A DNA stretch of 14,831 nt, from assembly GCA_038727095.1 (NCBI GenBank), contig JAVYWK010000038.1, positions 1 to 14,831 on the forward strand, given 5' to 3'. Below, piece by piece: positions 1-7,162 of the stretch. The DNA comes from Thermofilaceae archaeon. Lineage in GTDB: Archaea; Thermoproteota; Thermoprotei; Thermofilales; Thermofilaceae. Below the pieces are notes generated by a model that saw only the letters and a list, made by a program, of their open reading frames with translations, was not told the origin of the DNA and made no database searches. Made by a program: the position numbers and the translations under genes. The stretch's first letter is position 1, and each line of letters begins with the position of its first letter.

Positions 1-1036
1 CATCGTACTCGAGCTTCTGAACCTCAACCTCGAGCTTCAGCCCAAGCCTAGGTGACGCGGCGATGGTGCGGTCGACGCGTTCAGCCAGGATGTAGCTCCG
101 GCGCAGCGCGGCTAGAACCCTCTCGATCCTCTTGAGAGTGCTTCGCTCGGGCTCGCCGCCCACCGCGACGCTGTCCACAACGGAGGCGAGGGGCCCCGCT
201 AGCGCCGCGATCGCGTACAACCCGCCACCGCTCAAGCTCTTCACCGTCGCAGCAGCATCCCCGAAGACGAACAGCCTGCCGCGCCCCAGGGCGCGGGGGT
301 AACCCCTCAGCACGTAACCACCCCTCAAACCCCCCTCGAGCTCCGCTTCAACGCCCGCCTGCTTCCTCAACAGCACAGCAGCGCGGCGAAGAAGACCCCA
401 CGCCTCCCGTCTTCCCGCTACAACGCCCAGCGAGCAGCGTTTCTCGTCAACCGGGGCCGCCCAGGCGAAGCCCCCCAGGAGCTTCGGCGAGTAGACTACG
501 TAGAGTGTGCTGCTGGGGAGCCCGGTCGCGCGCGCGGAGGCGTGGACCCCGAGCCTCTCCTCCACGTGCGGCGAAAGGTTGCACTGCCTCGCCAGAATCG
601 GCGGGTAGCCCTCAGCGATGACTGCCGCATCGTACACACGCTCGCCACCGCACCACCGCAGCCTCACGCAGTCCCTCAACGGCTCAGCACGGTGCACGCG
701 CGTTCTCTCCCTGAGCTCAACCCCCCTTGCCTCGAGGAGCTCAGCCAGCCTCTCTTCGTGAGCCCTCCTATCGATCTTGTACGCGAAGACCCCCCTCGAG
801 GTGATGGAGACCCTGAGAGCGAGCTCTGGCACGGCCAGCTCCATCGAATCGTACGCCTGCTCCACGAACCTCCACCCTTCGGGCAGCTTAGCCAGGGTGT
901 CCGCCGACACGATGCCGGGGCACCGCCCCCCGCGCAAGCCCGGCCTGCCGCTCTCAAAGACCACCACGTTACTTCTCAGGTTCAACGCGAGGAGAAGGCC
1001 GGCAACGCCTGCCCCAACTACCGCGACGTCACCCAT
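1..1036 (-). CDS. FAD-dependent oxidoreductase, geranylgeranyl reductase family (3' end runs off the window)
   Basis: Missing from the ORF track because its stop lies outside the window. ATG at 1036 gives MGDVAVVGAGVAGLLLA (Rossmann GxGxxG), then YKIDRRAHEE, GGFAWAAP and LFVFGDAAATVKSLSGGGL, the same frame reading EYD at the window edge. Overlaps the kptA stop by 8 nt. Confidence 0.88.
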   Translation of the reverse strand, partial: MGDVAVVGAGVAGLLLALNLRSNVVVFESGRPGLRGGRCPGIVSADTLAKLPEGWRFVEQAYDSMELAVPELALRVSITSRGVFAYKIDRRAHEERLAELLEARGVELRERTRVHRAEPLRDCVRLRWCGGERVYDAAVIAEGYPPILARQCNLSPHVEERLGVHASARATGLPSSTLYVVYSPKLLGGFAWAAPVDEKRCSLGVVAGRREAWGLLRRAAVLLRKQAGVEAELEGGLRGGYVLRGYPRALGRGRLFVFGDAAATVKSLSGGGLYAIAALAGPLASVVDSVAVGGEPERSTLKRIERVLAALRRSYILAERVDRTIAASPRLGLKLEVEVQKLEYD

Positions 1037-1712
1037 GCTGAGCCCCCTCCGGGCCACCCGTCGTTGGGGCTGAGTTCCTGCAAAGCCGGATGACATCCAC
1101 GATGGAATCGGGGGGTACGTAGGGCGCAACGTAGACGTGCTTGCCCGCATGGAAGAGCTTGACCCTCCCTTTCATCGTCTGAGGGTCGATGACCAGCACA
1201 ACAGGGTCGCTGTGGATCCTGGCTCTAGCCGCGGCATCCTCGAAGACGGCCGTGAGGTGGACGAACCTCCTCCTCATGGGCAGAATACCCCGCCTCATGA
1301 TCGAGTCGAGTTTGGATAGGGAAGTGCCGTGGTAGAGGAGAGCGTTCGGATACGCTTCCGGGTAACGGATCCTCACGGGAACGCTGTGACCGTAGCGGGC
1401 CCTAATCCTACCCCCTGAGATCTCGAAGCGACCCTTCGGGTCCGCCTGCGCAAGCGCCACGATGTGCTCTACGCGGACCCACTCGTACCCCTCCCTTTTC
1501 CTCACCGCCTCCGCCAACGCCTCCAGGCTCACGAACCCCTCCTTATCGAGCGTGAGGCCCAACTTCCCGGGTAAGTGCCGAAGCACCCCGCTGATCAGCT
1601 TGCTCAACCTAACCCTATCCGCGGCGCGTATCAGCAGCTCCGTTGCTACGCCGCAGTGCACGCTCTCCTCAACGGGAGCACCGCAGATACGGCACTTCCG
1701 CAGGTCCTTCAC
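1029..1712 (-). CDS. kptA: RNA 2'-phosphotransferase (Tpt1/KptA family)
   Basis: LSKLISGVLRH, DPKGRFE, IRARYGHS, LYHGTS and VHLT motifs. N-terminal CRIC...HCG putative Zn ribbon. GGAGG just upstream of the GTG start. Confidence 0.95.
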   Translation of the reverse strand: MKDLRKCRICGAPVEESVHCGVATELLIRAADRVRLSKLISGVLRHLPGKLGLTLDKEGFVSLEALAEAVRKREGYEWVRVEHIVALAQADPKGRFEISGGRIRARYGHSVPVRIRYPEAYPNALLYHGTSLSKLDSIMRRGILPMRRRFVHLTAVFEDAAARARIHSDPVVLVIDPQTMKGRVKLFHAGKHVYVAPYVPPDSIVDVIRLCRNSAPTTGGPEGAQHG

Positions 1713-1723
1713 CAGCCTCCAGC

Positions 1724-1748
1724 AAAGTTGAACTAAAGTTGTTTAAAA
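1724..1748. promoter_or_regulatory. Probable bidirectional archaeal TATA box between kptA and the peptidase
   Basis: TTTAAAA at 1742-1748 lies ~23 nt before GTG 1771 (+) and ~30 nt before GTG 1712 (-). AAAGTTG occurs at 1724-1730 and 1735-1741. Confidence 0.55.
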
Positions 1749-1770
1749 GGTGCCTTCCCGTGGTAGGTCC

Positions 1771-3609
1771 GTGGAGCGCGCTGACGCTACCGACGAGCTC
1801 GTCGAGCTGGAGGACCTCTCCAGCGCTCGGACTGCAGACGTTGTTCGCAGCTTCAACTGGGAGGTTGAAGAGATGCTAAGCGCTGAAGCCGCGCGCCACT
1901 ACGAGAGGTTGCGGGAGTACGCGTGCGCCCCCCGAGTCGTCAGCGCGGCTCTGCTGAGGGAGGGGGTGGCGTTGCTCTACAAGGGCCTCGAGGATGAAGT
2001 GGTGCTGCTCCGCCGGGATGGGGGGCGAGCGGTGCTGCTGAAGCCCCGCGAGGGCGAGGTCTTCACCTCGCTGAGCCGTGTCAAGGGCTCCAACGATTGG
2101 ATAGCGGTTCGAGCCTCCATCGAGGGATCCGATGAGGGGCGCACGTACATCATCGACGCAGGGACGGGAGTTATCCTCCACGCGATCGAAGGTGTTGCGC
2201 ACGGCTTCTGCAGCGTTGGCGGCTCACTGGTGTACGTTAGGAGCTACAGGAGGGTTCCGCCACCTGACGGCGGTGAAAGACCCACGGATCGGCTCGTCAC
2301 CCTCGAAGATGTCAGAGAGAGAGTGGTTTGGGGTTGCGGAGTCCTCGGCGCTGGCGAGTACATCGGGTATGTCGCCCCCTCCCCGGATTGCAGGATGCTC
2401 GCTCTCACGGTGCACCGCGGCTGGGCCCGCTCGAAGCTTTACTTGCTGAACGCTGGGTCGTGGGAGGGGGAGCTGGTCGAAGAGGGGGACTACCAGATCG
2501 AGTTGGCCGGCTGGTTGGGGAGTGAGCTAGCGTACGTTAGAGCCAGACCCGAGGGTGATGAGCTGCACATCGGCGGAGCGAGCATACGCCTTGAGAGGCC
2601 TGTTCAAGCGGCCCTAGCGTCGGGCTCGAGGCTCCTGCTCATCGACCTGATCGACGCCAGGCACAGGGTCAGGATCAACTGCGGTGAGGCGGGGAGCTGG
2701 GTGGAGGTTGAGCTGCCCGTCGAGCCCGTATCGGTCGTGAGCCTGGATGCGATGGACGGGCGCTTCCTGATCGTAGCTACAGGGTTTTCGCACAGGCACC
2801 TTGTGGCCCTCATCGATGGAGGGGTTAGAGTGCTGGAGGAGAGCGCGGCCGTGCAGGGCCTACTGGTTGAGGATATCTGGCTGCGCAGCGGCGGCGTCAG
2901 AGTGCACGGTTTCCTAGTGGCGAAGGGAGGCCGGCCCAAGGCGATCCTGCTATACGGCTACGGAGGCTTCGGTGTGAGCCTTGCGCCAGCCTACTCGGCG
3001 TTCTTCCACCACCTGCTCGAGCTCGGCTACGCAATCGCGGTTGTGAACGCTAGAGGGGGCCGGGAGGAGGGCGAGCAGTGGCACCGGGCGGGGATGCTCG
3101 AGGCCAAGCTGAACACATTCCAGGACTTCGCCGCTTTCGCTCGATTCTTCAAGAGCCTGGGCTTCAAGGTGGCCGGTTACGGCTCCAGCAACGGCGGTTT
3201 GACGGTGGCCGTTGTCGCCACGAAGTGGCCTGAGCTCCTTGACGCCGCGCTCGTGGGCTACCCGGTGCTCGACATGCTCAGATACCACCTGCTCTACGTC
3301 GGCCGCTACTGGATACCCGAGTACGGCGACCCCGACGACCCGAAGATGCGCGAGGTGCTTCTCAGCTACAGCCCCTACCACAACATTCCCAGGGGCAAGC
3401 GGATGCCCCCCACGCTCCTCTTCACCGGGTTCAACGACGACAGAGTTCACCCCGCTCACGCAATCAAGTTCGCTGTGAAAGCGAGGCAGCTGGGCCACCC
3501 CGTCTACCTGCGCGTTGAGACGAGGAGCGGGCACTCGGGGGCTCGAACGGAGATCAGGGCGCTCGAGGCAGCCTACCTTACGGCCTTTCTCGAGAGGTTC
3601 CTAGCGTAA
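1771..3609 (+). CDS. Prolyl oligopeptidase family serine peptidase (S9A)
   Basis: LYGYGGF, NARGGREEGEQWH, catalytic GSSNGG (Ser), DDRVHPAH (Asp) and SGH (His). Beta-propeller-sized N-terminal region. GTG 1771 is preferred over 1750 on TATA spacing; both are in frame. Confidence 0.93.
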   Translation: MERADATDELVELEDLSSARTADVVRSFNWEVEEMLSAEAARHYERLREYACAPRVVSAALLREGVALLYKGLEDEVVLLRRDGGRAVLLKPREGEVFTSLSRVKGSNDWIAVRASIEGSDEGRTYIIDAGTGVILHAIEGVAHGFCSVGGSLVYVRSYRRVPPPDGGERPTDRLVTLEDVRERVVWGCGVLGAGEYIGYVAPSPDCRMLALTVHRGWARSKLYLLNAGSWEGELVEEGDYQIELAGWLGSELAYVRARPEGDELHIGGASIRLERPVQAALASGSRLLLIDLIDARHRVRINCGEAGSWVEVELPVEPVSVVSLDAMDGRFLIVATGFSHRHLVALIDGGVRVLEESAAVQGLLVEDIWLRSGGVRVHGFLVAKGGRPKAILLYGYGGFGVSLAPAYSAFFHHLLELGYAIAVVNARGGREEGEQWHRAGMLEAKLNTFQDFAAFARFFKSLGFKVAGYGSSNGGLTVAVVATKWPELLDAALVGYPVLDMLRYHLLYVGRYWIPEYGDPDDPKMREVLLSYSPYHNIPRGKRMPPTLLFTGFNDDRVHPAHAIKFAVKARQLGHPVYLRVETRSGHSGARTEIRALEAAYLTAFLERFLA

Positions 3610-3640
3610 AGGATATTTCAGCGAGAAGGCGTGCAGCAGC

Positions 3641-4204
3641 GTGGGTAGGAAGGCTCTAGCCTTAGTGACGCTCGCTTTCGCGGCAGGGCTGTTAGCCGGA
3701 TTGAACGCACCCCGGGGGCTCGCCGACCAGATCATGGAGCTGGCGAAGGAGCTGGTCCAGCGCGTGTACACCGAAGACCCCTTCGAGCTCGCCCTCCGGA
3801 TACTCCTCAACAACGCGAGGGTCGTAGCCCTCCTCGCAGTCCTCAGCCCACTCGTCGTTGCCCCAGCCTTGGTGGTTTTCGCAAACGGCTTCATCCTTGG
3901 CGTCGCACTGGAGTTCGCAGCGGGCAGGGCCTCGTGGTGGGCGGCCATCGCGGCCGTGGCACCCCACGGAGTCCTCGAAATACCAGCGCTGCTCTACGCT
4001 GCAGCCGCCTGCACTTCCTTCGGCGTCGCGCTGTGGCGGAAGATCCTCGGCAGAAGGGGCACACCCTGGCGGAAGCTCCTAGCGCTACTGCTGAAACCCC
4101 TCGCGATTTCACTGCTCCTGCTTGCTGCAGCCGCGATCATCGAGGCCTTCGTAACGCCCGCCCTCCTCAAGCTGATCGTAGGGGCGAGGCCGCTACCAGC
4201 TTAA
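3641..4204 (+). CDS. Stage II sporulation protein M (SpoIIM)-like membrane protein
   Basis: Several hydrophobic segments with ILLNN, NGFILG, PHGVLEIPA and AAIIEAFVTP family motifs. Confidence 0.9.
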   Translation: MGRKALALVTLAFAAGLLAGLNAPRGLADQIMELAKELVQRVYTEDPFELALRILLNNARVVALLAVLSPLVVAPALVVFANGFILGVALEFAAGRASWWAAIAAVAPHGVLEIPALLYAAAACTSFGVALWRKILGRRGTPWRKLLALLLKPLAISLLLLAAAAIIEAFVTPALLKLIVGARPLPA

Positions 4205-4310
4205 CCCCCATACGGCTCAGCCTTAGCGGGAAGCTTCTCGCACATTCGCCCGGTTGAGCCGCGGGAGAGCCCAGCCAGGGTAGAGCCTGGGGAACAGCGA
4301 AGGGGGGAGA

Positions 4311-4330
4311 TTAAAGAAAAGGGGAAGTTT
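4311..4330 (-). terminator. Oligo-U archaeal terminator candidate
   Basis: Minus strand reads CTTCCCCTTTTCTTTAA about 20-40 nt after the TGA at 4350-4352. Confidence 0.4.
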
Positions 4331-4349
4331 GCGCGAGGATCAGCGGCTC

Positions 4350-4417
4350 TCAGTACGGTAATCCGTAGTGCTTGACCACGATTTCGGCTATCCCTAGTTT
4401 CTCAAGGATCCTTATGG
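4350..4417 (-). pseudogene. Probable C-terminal remnant of the acetamidase/formamidase gene
   Basis: Reads IRILEKLGIAEIVVKHYGLPY*, resembling from memory the C-terminus of archaeal acetamidase/formamidase proteins. Same strand as the N-terminal fragment at 7540-8054, and followed by a U-rich terminator. Confidence 0.6.
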
Positions 4418-4712
4418 TTCCGCGCCGGGTCATTCCCCCCTTCATGGGCTTTGGCCTCTGAGGGCCCGCCCCCCGGCCTCCCCAGCCCCGTTTCGGGGCC
4501 GTGGACGACCGGAGCGGGCGTCATGGGGTCGGCCGCTCAAGGGCGGCCTACTCGCCCGCCTTCCAGCGCACCGTCACCGGTGCGCCGAACGGCGGGGTCG
4601 GTATGCCCCTCGGTCTGCGCGCGGAAGCCCCCGGGCACTTGGCCGAGCGCGAAGCCCGGCCGCGTCCCGGGAACGGGGCCCGTGGGTTTCAGGGTGCGGG
4701 GATCCCGGGGGC
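4418..4712 (-). ncRNA. Candidate TnpB omegaRNA/reRNA (right end)
   Basis: Directly 3' of the tnpB stop. Stems at 4704-4712/4627-4635 (9 bp), 4641-4661, 4555-4596 (GUGA tetraloop), 4531-4548 and 4464-4519. Mismatches resolve as G-U pairs on the minus (tnpB sense) strand. Confidence 0.65.
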
Positions 4713-6170
4713 CTAGGCCCCAGGGGTTGGTGGTGCGGCGAACTTAGGTGGTGGCGCTGAGCCTAGGAGATCCGTGGGGTGGTTGCGCAACCACCCCCGA
4801 AGCTCGCTGACCAGCCACGGTAGCCCCCCAGCAACGGCGCTGAACGATGAAGCATAGTCTCGATTCCAGGCGATCCCGCATCGCGTACAGTGGAAGTAGC
4901 TCGGCCTCTTCCTCCTCTCCCCCTCGGGGAAGTAGGGCTCGCCCCGCTCCCCGCAGAGGGGGCAGTACTTCCCTGAGATGTGTACCTCTTTACAATAACC
5001 ACCCTCGTACCTCACCGTCACCCGCAGCCTCCTCGCGATCCTGAGGATCGCGTTCTGCCAAGGCTTCCCCTTCTGGCTCTCGGGGGAGGGCTTGTCCACA
5101 AGGACAATCACCCTCCCCCCGTACCTTCTCGCCAGGGCCCTGACAATTTCGGATAGTTTACGTTCTTGCGCCTCTACCCGGGCCTTGTGGGCTTTGTGAA
5201 TGGTGCGTACGATGTCTCTTGCGTTGCTCGGAAGGGGCGGCAGCTCCGGGAGGAGCTCCCGGAGCCTCTCGTAAGACTCGCGTAGGCGGGCGTAGGTAAG
5301 CGGCGACTGGCGCCCCCTGTGTACGTTGGTACTTAGTGCTGCAAAGCTTTGCAGCAGCTTTATCAGCCTCCATGATTTTCGTGAAAACTTGATCCTTTGG
5401 CGTAGAACCCTCTTCACCCCGTCGCTGACCTCGAAGGCGAGCATTGTGATCCCATGGCGGGCGTTGATGTCCACCCCCACGACCACGAACGGTCGTGGGA
5501 GGCGGACGTCCCTGAAGTCCGTGCATTCTTCGCGCACCACCACCCACCACCTCGGCGGGTTGCGGCGCGCCACCAGGCGAAGTTCACCGCTCTGGCGGAG
5601 GAAGAGGGTGAATACTGGCGGGGGAGCCAGCTCCAGCTCCCCCCTCAGCGCCTCGCAGAGGCTTTGGGGTAGCGGTACGATGATTGTCCAGATCCTTAGG
5701 ACGCAGTGGTCAAGATCGACGATACAGACTGCGCTGTGGGAACCGTACTCCCGCCCACCCCACCGGAACCGAACCGGCAAAGGTATCGGTGGAAGCCTCT
5801 CCGGCGGCGTCCGCTTCCCCGCCTTGAGGCGGTTAGAGAAGGCCGCTGTGCGCATCCTCTTCCATTCCTCTTTGTAGTACAGCAGTCCCTTCAAAACGCC
5901 CCCGCCCTCCAAAATCGCTTTAACAATCATAGTGTAAAGTTCTTTTAGTCTCTCCCGGAGTACCGCATTCGTTTCAATCCTAAAGACCCTGTAGCCCCCA
6001 GGGGCCTTCTTGTTTTTACGCGAGGCATGGGGGGGCCGCAGCGTCCCCTCCCGGGTTTCACCGGGCAGAGCCCGGATCCCCCCGGGAGAGGTGGGCGCAG
6101 AAGAGCCCTGGCGTACAGCCCTCCGCCCCCCCTCGGAGGTTCGGGGTCCCGACACCATCCGGACCCCCAT
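4713..6170 (-). CDS. tnpB: Divergent TnpB-like RNA-guided endonuclease (RuvC + Zn ribbon); start uncertain
   Basis: RuvC-I VVGVDIN, RuvC-II position VLVDKP, Zn ribbon CPLC...CTRC and RuvC-III NRDYA. The first ~48 codons lie in GC-rich hairpins and look non-protein-like, so the true start is probably near 6028 (out of frame) or 5930. Confidence 0.8.
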   Translation of the reverse strand: MGVRMVSGPRTSEGGRRAVRQGSSAPTSPGGIRALPGETREGTLRPPHASRKNKKAPGGYRVFRIETNAVLRERLKELYTMIVKAILEGGGVLKGLLYYKEEWKRMRTAAFSNRLKAGKRTPPERLPPIPLPVRFRWGGREYGSHSAVCIVDLDHCVLRIWTIIVPLPQSLCEALRGELELAPPPVFTLFLRQSGELRLVARRNPPRWWVVVREECTDFRDVRLPRPFVVVGVDINARHGITMLAFEVSDGVKRVLRQRIKFSRKSWRLIKLLQSFAALSTNVHRGRQSPLTYARLRESYERLRELLPELPPLPSNARDIVRTIHKAHKARVEAQERKLSEIVRALARRYGGRVIVLVDKPSPESQKGKPWQNAILRIARRLRVTVRYEGGYCKEVHISGKYCPLCGERGEPYFPEGERRKRPSYFHCTRCGIAWNRDYASSFSAVAGGLPWLVSELRGWLRNHPTDLLGSAPPPKFAAPPTPGA

Positions 6171-6275
6171 CCGCTCCCTCTGCTACACACCCCTCCGCGG
6201 GAGCTTCATCATGGGCGGAGGGATGCGGGGGGCCCGGACGGCCGAAACCCCAAACCCCCGCGGGAGGCGGCGCTG
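6116..6275 (-). other. ~160-nt rod-like hairpin upstream of tnpB (left end or 5' RNA)
   Basis: Nested stems 6270-6262/6123-6131, 6259-6247/6135-6147 (13 bp) and 6240-6228/6156-6168 (13 bp). Several pairs work only as G-U on the minus strand. The apex contains AUGAUGA. Confidence 0.7.
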
Positions 6276-6501
6276 AACCCGTCGGCAGCCCCAGCTACGT
6301 TGAGCGCGGTACTTCTCGGCAGCTTTGAGCGAGCTCGAGCAGCGTTGAGCAGCGCGGAAGTGGAGTCCGGCAGCCAAGCGGAGCATCAGAGTCGAAGCAT
6401 CGGAGTTAAGCGCGCGAGGTGAGGGAAGCAGCAGGAGCCGCAGCCTCAAACGAGCCGAAGGCGGTTGGAGCGGAACGGCCCCAATCCCGGGCAGCCTGTG
6501 A

Positions 6502-6990
6502 GCCCCGCGCGCCGGCGCGCCCCCCAGTACCGCTGGAAGCATTAACAGTGCGGTAGACCGCCCCCGGGGAGCAGGGGTGCGGCCCTTTACGCCGGCCCCC
6601 GCGCTAGGCGGCGACCCCCAGAGGATGGATGGGGGCCCCACGCCAGTGGGAGCGCAGCCCGGGGCCGGCCGTTATAGGCTGCGCCCCGCGAGGGCTAGAG
6701 GCCCAGCTTTGCGGGTTTAAGCCTGTATCCCTCCCCTCCAGCAGCCTGCCTGTAGGCTCTCGGCCTGCAGGCGGGCTGCCCCTCCACAGTTGTAGGGCGC
6801 TCGGCCGCTACAACTGCTTCACAGGCACCCCCCTACAAGGGGGACCCGCCTTTTTGGGGCGGAGGGTTGGAGAAGGGAGGGTTACAGGCTGATTAAAAGA
6901 CTGGGCCTCCAGAATCCCCCCAGTTGCAAGCCGCGCGCGGGGCGGGAAGCCCGCTTTAGCGTCCATCCGCTTCCAGTGCCGCTCTAGTGC
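6502..6990 (+). ncRNA. Unclassified large structured non-coding element
   Basis: Perfect 11-bp closing stem 6502-6512/6933-6943. Stems 6698-6706/6901-6909 and 6720-6740/6868-6890, a 17-bp hairpin 6741-6779 and a 9-bp hairpin 6787-6816. G-U pairs favour the + strand. No credible ORF. Confidence 0.55.
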
Positions 6991-7023
6991 CGCGATAGTG
7001 TCCTGCTGTCTTCGTGTTCTACC

Positions 7024-7093
7024 GCCCCCAAACCCCTCTTGTCCACCGAGCCTCAGCGGGGTTTGGGGGTTTTGTTTGCTCGGCCCGGTGGAC
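7024..7093. other. H-type pseudoknot candidate
   Basis: 7024-7036 pairs with 7058-7070 (13 bp). The loop segment 7041-7052 pairs with 7082-7093 (11 of 12). Confidence 0.5.
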
Positions 7094-7162
7094 GCACCTG
7101 TTAGGCTTATGGAGTGCATGTATTTATTCCTAACTCCAGTTTGACGCTGTGAGGGGGATGGG

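Larger units (their letters stand above)
4418..6280 (-). mobile_element. IS200/IS605-superfamily tnpB-only (IS1341-like) element, ends approximate
   Basis: TnpB-like ORF with long structured flanks on both sides. No TnpA in the window. No terminal inverted repeats or target duplication seen. Confidence 0.6.

Noticed and set aside
4213-4285. Hairpins after the SpoIIM-like gene as a tRNA or sRNA
   Set aside because: No cloverleaf, T-loop or box motifs. The short stems are expected at this GC content.
6280-6500. Coding-like filler (parts of ORFs 6027-6422 and 6183-6641)
   Set aside because: No recognisable motif or credible start. Possibly a decayed gene, but unassignable.
6733-6840. CRISPR array
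   Set aside because: Only two degenerate units, no repeat-spacer pattern, and no cas genes.
6698-6909. Bulge-helix-bulge splicing motif
   Set aside because: A 4-bp TTTA/TAAA helix with one 3-nt bulge exists, but the second bulge and flanking helix do not fit canonical geometry.
6502-6990. SRP RNA or RNase P RNA
   Set aside because: CCUGUAACCC on the minus strand resembles the Alu motif, but there is no helix-8 CAGG..GGAA..AGCA. No RNase P GAGGAAAGUCC-type region was seen on either strand.
7024-7093. HDV-like ribozyme
   Set aside because: The stem order is similar, but P1 is too long, P4 is missing, and there is no C-A-containing J4/2.
4418-7097. Group I/II intron or IStron around tnpB
   Set aside because: GTGCG occurs at 7097 (-) and 6548 (+), but I found no domain V geometry and no properly spaced P7 pair. 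The flanking gene halves could not be rejoined into a full ORF.
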